From NCBI RefSeq assembly GCF_032191835.1, contig NC_083237.1, forward strand, positions 21,886,001 through 21,950,000: a stretch of 64,000 bases of DNA, read 5' to 3'. The notes beneath the pieces are model-generated. The model had not been told where the DNA came from, did no database searches, and saw nothing but the letters and a program-made list of their open reading frames with translations. The position numbers and the translations under genes are program-made. Positions within the stretch are counted from its first letter, which is position 1, and each line of letters begins with the position of its first letter. This stretch comes from Heteronotia binoei (lineage: Eukaryota). Below are positions 1 to 12,700 of the stretch, in pieces.

Positions 1-1555
1 CTTTGGGGCTCATATGGGGAAAGACGGTCTCTCAGGTAGGCCGGTCCTCGGCCATATAGGGCTTTAAAGGTAATAACCAGCACTTTGTAGCAGACCCGGT
101 ACGTAATCGGCAGCCAGTGCAGTCCGCGTAGCCCCGGCTGTATATGCTCCCACTTTGGGAGTCCCAGCAACAGCCTAGCCGCCGTGTTCTGCACTAGCTG
201 CAGCCTCCGGGTTCGGCACAAAGGCAGCCCCATGTAGAGGGCATTACAGTAGTCCAGTCTTGAGGTGACCGTCGCATGAATCACTGTTGCTAGGTCCCGA
301 CGCTCTAGGAAAGGGGCCAACTGCCTTGCCCGCCTCAGATGGAAGAACGCTGACTTGGCAGTGGCTGCTATCTGGGCCTCCATTGATAATGAAGGCTCCA
401 GTAAAACACCCAAGCTCTTTACCTGGTGCGCTGCTTTCAATGGTGCACCGTCGAAGACCGGGAGAGGCATTTCCTTCCCCAGAGTGCCGCGACCCACGCA
501 GAGGACCTCTGTCTTCGTCGGGTTCAACTTCAGCCCACTCAGCCTAAGCCACGTTGCAACAGCCTGCAATGCCTGATCCAGATTCCCTGGGGCGGAGTCA
601 GGCCGGCCGTCCATTAGCAGATAGAGCTGGGTGTCATCTGCATATTGATGGCATATTGATGGCAACCCAGCCCAAACCTCCGGGCAATCTGGGCAAGGGG
701 GCGCATATAGATGTTAAATAACATCGGGGAGAGAACTGCTCCCCGAGGCACCCCACAGTCTAGTGTGCGCCTCTGGGACTGCTCACTCCCGATCGCCACC
801 CTTTGTTCCCGACCCTTGAGGAAGGAGGAAAGCCATTGTAAGGCCAACCCCCTAACCCCTATGTCGGCGAGGCGGCGAATCAGCAGCTGATGGTCGACTG
901 TATCAAATGCCGCTGACAGGTCTAACAGCATCTGTACCGCGACGCCGCCTCGATCCAGCTGCCGCTGGAGGTCATCTACCAAGGCGACCAGCACTGTCTC
1001 CGCCCCATGGCCCGGCCGGAAACCAGACTGGCACGGGTCTAGGACGGAAGCGTCATCCAGAAACCTCTGCAGCGGCAATGCCACTGCCCTCTCAATAATT
1101 TTACCTAAAAACGGTAAATTGGACACCGGCCGGGTCTGCTGTACATTTTTTAAGGAGGGGGCGGACCAAGGCCTCTTTCAGAGGTGTTGGAAAACGCCCC
1201 TCTAAGAGGGATCTATTTATGATGTCCCGTAAAGGACATCTAAGCTCCCTCTGGCAAGATTTAATCAGCCAAGAGGGGCAGGGGTCCAAATCACATGTTG
1301 TTGGGCGAGCGGCAGAGAGGATTCTGTCGACTTCCTCCAAGCTGAGTGGGTCAAAGCGGCCCAGCTCTAAGCCCGAAGACAGGCACGGAGCCTCAATTTC
1401 ACATACTGTATCCAATGTGATAGGCAGGTCTTGGCGGAGCGACGAGATTTTATCTGCAAAGTATTTCGCAAATGCCTCACAGCCACTCTCTAATTCTCTA
1501 ACATTTGGTTTGCCTTGTGGCAATGTAGTAAGGTCTCCAATTATTCTAAACAATT
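1..1555 (-). mobile_element. L2-clade LINE, frameshifted RT region (continues off window start)
   Basis: ORFs 614-1126 and 1101-1553 carry QSGFRPGHGAETVL, LLDLSAAFDTVDH and CGVPRGAVLSP and closely match the ORF at 29339-31078; an 11-nt tandem duplication at 640-661 breaks the YADD motif. Confidence 0.9.
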
Positions 1556-1599
1556 ATGCCGGGTGCGAATTTGCAGATGCAATCTTGGTTGCAAAGTAA

Positions 1600-2340
1600 T
1601 CTTTCTTTGCAGCCTTGACTGCCATCTTCTATATGACAGCCCTTTAAGTACTTGAAGATAGTTATATCACCTCTCAGTGGTCTCCTCTCCAGGCTAAATA
1701 TACCCAGCTCCTTCAACCTTTCCTCATAGCACTGAGTCCAGAGCCCTCACCATCTTCATTGCTGTCCCCTGGACATGTTCAGGCTTTCCTGTTTTCTTCT
1801 TAAATTGTGTCCAAAACTAAACACAATACTCTAGGTGAGGACTAACGAGAGCAAAGTAAAGTGATACCATCACTTTGTGTGATCTGGACACTATACTTCT
1901 GTTGATACATCCCAAAAATTGCATTTGCCTTTTTAGCTGCTGCTTCACACTGCTGACTCATGTTCAGTGTATGGTCCGCTAGGACCCCTAGATCCTTACT
2001 AGATCCATACTATTACCAAGACAAGCCTCCCCCATGCTATAATTATGCATTTCATTTTTCTTACCTACATGCAGAACTTAACATTTATCCCCATTAAAAT
2101 TCATTTTATTTTTATTTTCCAGCCTATCAAGATCCTCCTGGATCCTGACTTTGTCTTCTACTGTATTTGCAACCTCTCCCAATTTAGTATCATCTACAAA
2201 TTTAATAAGCATTCCCTGCATTCCTTCATCCAGATCATTTATAAAGAAGTTGAACAAAACAGGTCCCAGGACAGACCCTTGAGGCACTCCACTTGTCACT
2301 CCTCTCCAAGAGGATGAGGAATCATTAACGAGCACTCTTT
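1600..2340 (-). mobile_element. CR1 LINE fragment (RT C-terminal part)
   Basis: ORF 2078-2335 VTSGVPQGSVLGPVLFNFFINDLDEG..KFVDDTKLG is typical CR1 RT; degraded. Confidence 0.85.
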
Positions 2341-3563
2341 GTGTAAAGTTATATCATATAAAAAGTTATATAATCAATCATTACGGTGTCTTGTATCTCC
2401 ATAAAATTAAATTAAAATGCTAGTAGCTTCCAGAATGTATGCAAAAAGACTCTATTTGTTGCAGTGTATGTGAATTGAGGACAGGGTTACCAACCTCAAA
2501 GTAGGGTCTGGAGTTGGTCTCCGGACTACAGAGCTTGGTGCCCAGGAGGAAAAGGCAGCTTCAGAGTGTGGACTGTGAGGTATACTGGTGAGTTAAGAAA
2601 AATGTAAGTCCTACAGTCCGGACTGACTCCCTGCTTTCCCCAGGTGCCACCCCCAAATTTCCCAGAATGTCCCTAAACAGTGTTGGCAACCTTAGCTGAG
2701 GAGTTTCCCTGTATTCATGTATTCTTTTGGACTGCACAGCTCTTTTTCTCAAGTGTTAGGAGTTTGGCTGGCCTACAGTTTCCTGGGGCCCTAGAAACTA
2801 CCTTTTCCAGCTTGTTTATGGAAAATGTGGACTGTAAGTCCTGTAAATAAATGAATAATTTTTTGCATAACATTGTTTGAGCTTTAATTAGGGTCTAGGA
2901 CAAGGGTCTCCAACAGATGAACTCCTGGTAGCTTACCAACTGCTGCAGAGTAGCTTGGGATCATCTAGTCCAACGCCCTGCATAATGCAGGACATTCGCA
3001 AATACCTCTCCCAATTCACAAATACTTCCCTAGAAGACTTAGGTAAAGATCTGTTTAGGCTTTTTATTTTGCGGGGGTGGCAGGGGGAGATTTTATACTA
3101 TTTTTTCTGTCTGCTGCTTCATTTCTGGTGTCCATAGTCCATGTTCTGTTTTCTAGGACAGAACAACATTTGATACCAAATCCCTCCCCCAATAATCAGG
3201 AGTAGCTCTCATTAAAGTAAAGGTTTGCAAGGTTTGTCTGGGGGTTAGATAAGAAATACACAAACTAAAAGCAAAGAAGAAAATAGACTTTCAGTTTTTG
3301 TACATTATGCTTAAGTGTTCTGTAAATTCTTCTCCTTTATTGATCGTTCTTTGATGAGGGTGTCCGCAAAGCATCCTGAATCCCTTGGACACTTTAAACA
3401 TCTTTGGTCTGTTTTGAAAGACATTTTCTGAAACAATTCTCAGCAAACTCTTGTGATTTGTGGGGAACCCTCTTCTTGAAAGTGTGTAAGCAAAGATCAG
3501 GATTGAACCCCTTGAGAAGCTGACTGGGGCATTTCTGCCTCTTCTGTTCCTTGTGACATGCAG

Positions 3564-3787
3564 AGTTCACCTCCCCAAGGCAGGCACCTTCCTGTGCCCC
3601 ATCACCGAACTCAAATTTGAGGTGAAGGCAGCTGTGACTATCAAATATGCACATCACTCCTGGGATCAGCATCGGAGCATGGCTGAAATGCAGACCTGGT
3701 TGGTGGCTGGTCCATTGTTTGACATCTGGACAGATGCTGAAGAGAAAGTGGCAGCTGTTCACCTTCCCCATTTTTTGTGTCTTGGAG
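3564..3787 (+). CDS. Gene A exon: FIIND ZU5 part 1
   Basis: catgcag|A GTT CAC ... GGA G|gtaggg; RVHLPKAGTF...WLVAGPLFDI...AVHLPHFLCLG resembles NLRP1 RVHFPVAGSY...WMVAGPLLDI...AVHLPHFVALQG. Confidence 0.92.
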
Positions 3788-6700
3788 GTAGGGCAGCATT
3801 GAGAACAAGAATAGGTAGTAAGGATGGGATTGTCTCAAGCATCCATGTTTTTAGACAGATTGACTCTGCAGCTCATGGCAAGCTATACTTCCATTTTCTC
3901 TCCCTTCCTTTCTATCTATGCACTTCTTTCTAGGTTTCTCCTTTTCTCCTTACCTGTTTGGCCCATCTCATCTTCTAACAATCATTTCTTAGCCCTCTGC
4001 TCACCTTTTCAAGCTGTGTTCTCAGGCCTTCTCCCTCTCCTCGGAATCTTCTCTTCATCATAACTTTAACATTTATTTACTCAGCTATTAAAGTATTTAT
4101 ATCCTACCTTTCCTCATGGCTCACGATGGCTTATATATAGATCATAATTCAGCCAACACAATCTCAAATACCCCCTTAAAGATGCCTGCAGTCTGAATGT
4201 CCTGGCACCTTAAATGCCTTGGGAGTACCTTCTGAAGACTTCTAAAGGTGTGCCTCCTGAGAGTGCCTGTCTTGGAAAGTGAAAGGTACAATAGAAAAGA
4301 CTTGGGTTTGTTTGATGCCAGGTGGGCTACCTTAAGAGGGAGAATAGCTAGGTGGCAGCAGCATGAGGACTGCAGTTGGCACAACAGGAGCTTTGGGAAG
4401 AGACCATCCTTTAGGTACATGAGACCTAGGCCATTAAGGGCCATAAAGATCAGAAACAGCACCTTGGATTGGACTGGAAAACAAACTGGCAGTCAATGTA
4501 GCTGTTTTAAGAAAAATGAGGGATGTTCCCATCAGTTAGTGCCTCACAGTAATCAAGCTGCTACATACTGAGCCAGTTGTAGTTTCTGGGGTGCTTTCAG
4601 GGGCAGCTCAACATAGAGCATAGTACAGTAATCCAGCCAGTATGGACTAGAGTGGCTAGGCAGACAAACCAGCTGTAGCTAATGCACTCTCTTGTCTGGC
4701 CCACCATGGGCCTCTTATCTTGAAGGATGGAGGAAAAGCAGGAGCCACCAGCTCCGCACACCCCCCACTCCATTTGCAGTGCCTCTGCACCAGCCCAGCT
4801 CATGCCATTTGTTGTGTGTGCGTGCCTAGTTTGGCTGTGGTGTGCTAAAAACCTTTGTGCTGATCCTGCAGGTGTGCTGTGACCTAGAATGACAGGTTGA
4901 GTTAGGAGCCCAGGAACTGAAGTTCCCCTTTTCCCTCATTGTACTGGATTAGACCACTGCCTGACTCCATGGGAAAGAAGTCCAAATGTCTGATATATCC
5001 TAAACTCACTTTCATAGGGCACCAGAACAAATGCCCCTCTGTTCACAGTTTCCAATAACAAGGTCATTTTTTAAAAAACTGGATGAGAACTTTTGTTTCT
5101 TAACAATTTGTTCCTAGGGGAAGAAACAGACATCTCTCTGATGAAAATCGCCCATTTTGTTGAAGCGAGGTTGACCCTGGAAAAACCAGCACGGGTGACC
5201 CGATTTCATGCTGTGCTGGAGAAACCCAAATTCTCTCTGTTGGGTGTGCTAATTAAACCACTCTATGACAAGTTCTTCAGTGTGCATGCCGTGGTGATAC
5301 TTTATCAGATTTTGAAGAATATCACAACACTTAACCTCTACTTGGTTCCCAATGACTCTTCCCTGATACAGGTGAGAACCAACAAGATGGGATGCATGCC
5401 TCCCCCTGTTCAGTGCTGGTAGGTAGAATGCAGGGCTCAGGCAGGTGTCTATTAATGGATGACAATCTTGCTGAGTATTATAAATAAAACAGAATCCATT
5501 CGAAAAGTACATGGAAGTAAAACTGCTTCTTGGTGCTGGAACTACAATGATGGTCTCAGAAGAAAGGCTGCCAAAAGAGCTCCTGCATGCTCTTTCCACA
5601 CCTGGGACTCACTTTGCAATTCATCCTGAACTAATCATTAGAACTGAGACTGCAGCACACCTGTCTGGGATCACAGAAATGATTCATTCCACAGTCGTAA
5701 GAGCCTTCTACACATTTAAAGGGAGGGAGGGTGCTCCAACTCTTTTGGGAAGAGCTAGAAAGCTCTGGTAGCTGATCTCTCTAGCTGGCCTACACAAGAA
5801 CATTTCCCACGTGTGTCTGCACAGAAGACCATTCAATGACCAACAGTTAAGTGCGACCATGTTTTCCCTCTAAATAGGCAATCCAGGATGCCGAAGAGAA
5901 GTTCCACTCAGTGCTGGTGCGAAAGCCCCCTCAAACAATAATGCCCTTGCACTACGGTTCTCGCTATACCGTATCCAGTTCAGTAGACCTCAAGATAATC
6001 CCAAAGGTAGGTGCATCGTCTTCAAAAATACTTGGGCACCATTGCAATGAAATATGTGTGCAACTCTTATTTTGATTGTTCTAATGGTATTCCATGACTT
6101 ACACAGAATTGAGAGAGAAGCTGGGGGCTTGGGGGAAGTGAGACTGCTGGTTGACTCTTAATTAATAACATGACATTTTGGGGCATTTATTTTGTGCTCA
6201 CACAGTTTAAATGAAGGTGTAGTGTCCAGCATTATGAAAATCTCAGTTTAGGGGGTTTTTTGTTTTTGTTTTTTTAAATCAAAGGCAGATTTTCAGGCTC
6301 AAAGCTCCGATGTTAGCCTTGAAAGTTGTTGACAGTCTCCAGTGAAATTTCTGGGAGATTCTCAAGAGCAGTTCAAGTGACCTGCTCAGTGGCATGACAA
6401 GGGGACCAGTCTTTGTTTTGGAAAGCTGCTACGCTTTTAAAGATTATCATTAAGATGTAACTTATCTAAATAAAATACACAAGTTGTGGAGGGACATCAG
6501 CCAAAATAAAAAGTAGTCCCTACTCGGAGGAGGATAATCCAGATTCCAGTGGTAGGGGAGGGAGGGAGGGGAGAAGCAGGGATAACAAGGGATGGGTGTG
6601 AATTTATGCAGTTCTGTCCTGTTAGCCCCCAAACTCCTCAAGTACTAAGAGTAACTTCTTGATGAACAGTTGGCTGAATTGTTCTTTTATGCTCTTTGTT

Positions 6701-9700
6701 TCTCCCTAACTTGATGTCCTCCAATTCTGTATCAGGAACTGCACTTTACTTACAAGAACCCTCGACACCAGCAATCCTATGTGCAATTCAGTATCAGAAG
6801 CACTGAGATAGTGGATATAAGTCTGAAAAATAAGGAAGATCTTTGCTCTGTCTGGGACACTTCACTCGAACCAGGTGCATCTTGTTGGATGGTGGATTTT
6901 TATGGGTAGGTTAAGACACCCTTGCAGAAAAGTTCACAGATATTACTGTTTCACAAGCATATTGATATAGAGATGTGAGAGATTTGTTGAACTGAATCTC
7001 TTGAGTACAAGAGTGTGTTGGAAGAGCTCCACTGAACTGCGAGTACTGAACTGTCTTGCTCTCCCAGCTTTCCCAACCTTTGGAGGGTTTATCTTTTCCT
7101 TTTTTGGTAATCCACTGACAGCCCCTGACCTTTTCAGGAATTCCCACTGAGAAGACTGGGACTCCCAATTTCCCTGTGTTGCTGTTTGAAGGCCTTGCCT
7201 AGCGAGTGCATCTCCTGCAATCCAGCATCTGGTTACCGCAGGGACACCTTACTGCACTTGTGCTCCACTGGGGGATTAGCACCTCGCCATTTGACTGCCT
7301 CCTCCTCTCCTGGTGCCCATTCAAATAATAATGTGTTCAAGTGGTGGAGGTCTGTGTAGCACAGAGGCAGTTACTCACATTAAAAGCTTTAAAATAGTTA
7401 TTAGAAAGAAAATGTCCATGTACAGATTCTTAGCACAACAACAGGCTGAGCAATGATACAGAAAAAATATGTAAAACCTGCCATTTCTCTGTCACTCTCT
7501 ACATGCTGACCTTATTCTATGGCAGGCTGCTTAATTTAGAAAGTTAACCATTAAAGCTTCCCATTCCCGTGCGGGTTTTGTTCAGGTCTGCAACCCTCCT
7601 GCACTTTTTTTTTCATTCCACGGCACAATAAAAAAAAATCCAACTTGAGGCGCACTGGCCAAAAAAATTGGGAATAACCAGCCTTGCAGATGCCCAGTTC
7701 GATGTGTTTGCCGTATGAAAAATACCTGCAAGCAACATACACCTTCCTTTTTCTTTTTCTTTTTTTTTACTTTCAAACAAATCCTTTATTAACAATTCCA
7801 TATACAATAAAGCAATAACAAACAAACAAACTATACATAGATCATACATACCATACTCAAACCACCACCCACCCTTCCACCCAAGGAGCTTAAGGGGCTT
7901 TACCATAGCACAAATCTGGTTTTCTCATAATAAATCCCATGCTTTTTATCCATATATATAAATAGTCCTAGGTCTTCCTACAATCTTGTAGATTACCTCC
8001 TCTTCGTCTTACAGTTAATGTGTCCATCTCAGCTGCCTCCAATAATTTCTGTATAAATTCGTCTCTATCCGGTAATTTAGAGACCTTCCAATATTTCGCA
8101 TAGAGAATTCTCGCAACAGTTATTATATGCAATAATATTTTTTTTTTCTTGTCTGGATACACTTCCTTTACATACATTTAGCAAGTATAGTTCGGGAGTA
8201 TGTTGAAGCCTTATTTTTAATATTTTTTGTGTCCAAAGGTTAATTTGGGCCCAATATTTTTTGGCATATTCACGTTGCCACCAAATATGGTAGAGGGACC
8301 CCTTTACTTTCCTACATTTTCAACATTTGTTGGAGTACTTAGGGTAGATTTTACTCAGCCTTTCCAGGGTTAAATACCATCGATACATCATCTTGTAAAT
8401 ATTTTCTTTGAACACTGCTGATTTAGTGAATTTTAAATTTTGATTCCAAATTTTTTCCCATTCCTCCATCTCAACACTATACCCAAAATCCTTCAACCAT
8501 TTTACCCAGCTTTCTTTAACTTCCCTCTGCATTTTAATTTGTAGGAGCCAATTATAGATTTTCGAAATTAGTTTCTGATTATCGCAAATTATCATATCGA
8601 ATTCATTTGATTTTTTAACAAATCTTACTTCCTTGTCTAGTTGGAACTTAGATTTAACTTGGTTCTTCAGCCACCAATCCAATTTCACATTATCCTCCAG
8701 TTTTAAGTTGTTTTCTTTGTCTAATAAAACTCTATAATTGTAATTGTTTTCCCAACAGTATAAATTGGGTTGGCAAGAGGCTTCTACTGGGGATAGCCAG
8801 AGAGGTATATTAGGATAGATCATATTTTTAACTTCATTCCAAACTTTGTACAGCGATTTTCTTACTTCATGTCTAAAAAAAATATTATTCCTTGTAGGGG
8901 GCAAATACCACAAATAGGAATGCCAGCCTCTAACTAGACCTATACCTTCCAATACCAATAACCTTTTATTTTCCAGTGCAAACCAATCTGTTAGCCATAC
9001 TAAACAACATGCCTTATAGTCAGGCAAGGCGAGCCCTCCTCTAGATTTACTGTCTTGTAGTACCTTCAATTTGATTCTGGGTTTTTTGTTTTGCCATATA
9101 AATATGGTTGTCAAGTTATTCAACTGATGAAAGAATGTTTGGGATAGTATGATTGGTATCGTCTGAAATAAGTACAAGATTCTTGGTAGAATATTCATCT
9201 TGATGGATGCGATTCTTCCCAATAAGGAAATTTGTAAGTCTCTCCATTTATTTAAGTCTAATTGAATTTCTGTTAAGATCTTGTCATAACTATCTTTTTG
9301 TAATGTTTTTAAATCATTTGAGAAGTAAATGCCTAAATATTTGATCTTCTTTTCGTGGCTGAACCCAGATTTCGTTTCTAATTGAGCAATTTCCTCCTTA
9401 GTCATATTTTGGGTCAGGAATTTAGTTTTCTGGAGATTAACTTTAAAGCCAGATATTCCTCCGTATTCTTCCAGTCTTTCCATCAGATATTCTATCGAAG
9501 AAATGGGGTCTTCTAATATTAATAGCAGGTCGTCAGCATAGGCTCGGACTTTATATTTCCCCCCCTTAATCTTGGTACATTTAATTCCGTCATCGTCCCT
9601 TATTTTTGTTATTAAGAGTTCTAATGTTAAGATGAAGAGCAAGGGAGATAATGGACAGCCTTGTCTGGTCCCCCGTTCAATTCTTATCGCTTCAGTAAAG

Positions 9701-12700
9701 TGCCCATTAATATTTATCTTTGCACTTTGTTTGGTATAAATGGCTCTCACTAATTTAATAAAAGTCAGCCCACATCCAATAGCCTCCAGTGTTTTAAAAA
9801 TAAGATTCCAATTGACGTTATCGAACGCCTTTTAAGCATCGAGGGCAATACCTGCAAACTGCTTCTCAGGGTGTATCCGATAATACTCTAGAATATTCAT
9901 AAAGAATCTTATATTCTGCCTTATAGCTCTCCCGGGAACAAACACCATTTGGTCTTCATCAATGACTGTGGATATAGCCTTTTTAAGTCTGTTAGACAAG
10001 ATTGCCGCAAATATCTTATAATCTGCATTTAAAAGCGAGATTGGCCTGTAGTTGCAAATTTCTGTAGGGTCTGTCTCTTTCTTGTGAATCAGCGATATCG
10101 AAGCCTCACTCCAAGATGGGGGGAACTTAGCTGTTTCTTGTATTTCCTCTATTACGCATTTATAGGGGATCAACAATATCTCTTCAAACGTTTTAAAGAA
10201 CTCGATAGGTAGTCCATCAGGACCTGGAGATTTGTTGCTTTTCTGTTTTTTCAGTGCCTCTGTTATTTCATGCATGGTGATGGCACTCTCTAATCCGTCC
10301 CACTGCTCTTTTGTTATTTGCTTGATCCCAACATTCTTGATATACTCCTCCTAGGTTGTTGTGCAATCTCTTGTTTCTTATAGAGATTCTGATAGTAATT
10401 TTGTACAATTATATTCATTTGAGATTTTTCTGAGATTTCTTCTTTTTTTTCATTCTTAAGTGATCTTATAGCTTTTCTCCCTTTCTTTTCTTAGTTTATA
10501 AGCTAGCCACCTACTGGTCTTGTTAGCGCTTTCAAAATAATTTTGTTTGGTCCACTTCAGCTTCTTCTCTAATTCTTCAACCAATAATAGATTTATTTCA
10601 TGCTGTAGTGCGTAAAACTTGGCTGTTACTTCTTTGGAGTTTTTATCTTTTTGTTGTTTTTTCAATTTCTTTAATTCCGTTATTAAGTCATTATATGCTT
10701 TCATTCATTCTTTTTTCCTTTTTGTAGTGTAGCTAATTGCAATCCCTCTAAAAAAAGCCTTGAAGGCGTCCCAAATTACTTGCATCGGGGTGTCCTTTTT
10801 CAGATTGCATTCAAAAAACATCTCTATATCTTTCTTTGCCTTCTCGATAAACGCTTCTTTTAAAATTTGCAAATTTAGCGTCCAACGTGTTTTGCGTAGG
10901 ATATCTTTCAAAATAATCTGGATTGGGTTATGATCAGCGTATGTTTTAGGATTGATATCTGTTTGGATAACCGACCACCCTAGGGAGGCCGACATCCAGC
11001 ACATGTCTAACCGGGACCAACATTTGTGTACATGTGAAAAGTATGTAAAATCCCTTGTTTGTGGGTTTTTCATCCTCCAGGCGTCAACTAAATTAAACTC
11101 ATCTGCCATTTTAAAAAATGTCTTTGGCAGTTGGCTCCGGATCTTTTTTGCCTTGGCTTTCTCGTATTTTTTTTCTTTCCCTATATCAAATACAGCGTTG
11201 TAGTCACCCACAATACAGAAATTCTCCAAACTATAATTCAGCAACTTTTCATGTAGTCTGGCATAAAATTGCTCTTGGTTGTTATTTGGTGCATATATGT
11301 TGCCCAAAATTATTTTATTTCCGTTTATCTCAATTTCTATTACTAAGGTTCTACCTATCTCATCCTTATATAGCAATTTAGATTTTATGTGTTCCTTAAC
11401 GTAAAAAGCAACGCCTCTTTTTTTCTTCAAATCACATGAGTAGTAGAGCTATCCTAACTTTTTGTTTTGTAGATATTTTGTATCTCCTTCTTTTATGTGG
11501 GTCTCTTGTAAACAAATTATTTGGGCCCCAGTCTTCTGAAGTTGCAAAAATGTCTTTTTCTTCTTTTTTTGGTTCATTTAGTCCGTTTGTATTAACAGAA
11601 AAAATCTGTAATCCCGCTTTGGTCATCATCTTGTTGTTAAGTTACTATCCAGTATCTTTCTTTGTCCTTTTTGTACTTGTGATCTTGTCTTAATTCTTTC
11701 TTTTTTCTTTTCCTGTAAATCTTTTTTTCCCGGGCTGTTATAATAGGGTTCTTCTCCTTGATCTTCTCCAGAATCGGGTTCTTGACTGTGCATTTCTACA
11801 TACTTTTGCCAGAATTCTTCCAACTTTTCTATTGATGTTATATTATGCCTCCTAGTCTGGTAAATGAAGAAGATTCCTTGGACTGTGCAACTGAATAACA
11901 ACAAAGCTTAAAGAAACCCCTCCCTCTCAGTGTGAACACAAATATCACTCTCTCTGAGGGAGCAGTGTCCCCTTCTCTCAGCTCCTTCTTTGCAGCCTCT
12001 TGGATAGGAAGCTCCTAGGTGATGGTGGTTGTTCAGTTTTTTTAATATCTCCACGGGTTCCACTTCTTAGGGAATTTTTCCTCCGGCTCTGCTATGGCCC
12101 ATGTTTTCTGTAGTAAGAAATGAAAAGAAGGTACATGGGCTTTTAAAGCAACAAATTATGCGAATATCAATAAACCTGCAAAAGCCTTGCTTTTGGGAAA
12201 CTCTGGTTTACACAATTTGTTTTGCTTAGATACAACTTTAACTGTCATGACTTCCTTTAATAAATCCTCGGAATTGGTAGGGTGTTCAGTTGGTAAAAAA
12301 AAAAAATCTGTTGGAAATCTCTAGACTCCTCTCAGTTTCTGTGCTCGATCAAGACATGACTGGAAAAGCCATTTAAGCCAACTGTGATGTGGCGTGTCCC
12401 TTAGACCCCAGTTGTTTCTCTGACAGGGACTCAGGCGTCCCTCTCACTGGAGCCTCATTTCATTTAGCAGCACCTGGTGCAGCTGATCCTGAGGACAGCC
12501 ACAGTGGATGGAATTTTGGCTCTGCTGTATGGAGTTGTTCCAGATGAAAAGCAATATCTCTTTGTTGCACTTCTGAATCACTGTGGTGTGCTGTTTAAAA
12601 TGTCCGTATCGCTTTCTACAATGCCACTCACCCACCCTTCATTGTGCAATCTTCCTTGGACTTTAAAAAAATGTTCTTCTAAGGTGAGCGCTATAGCACA

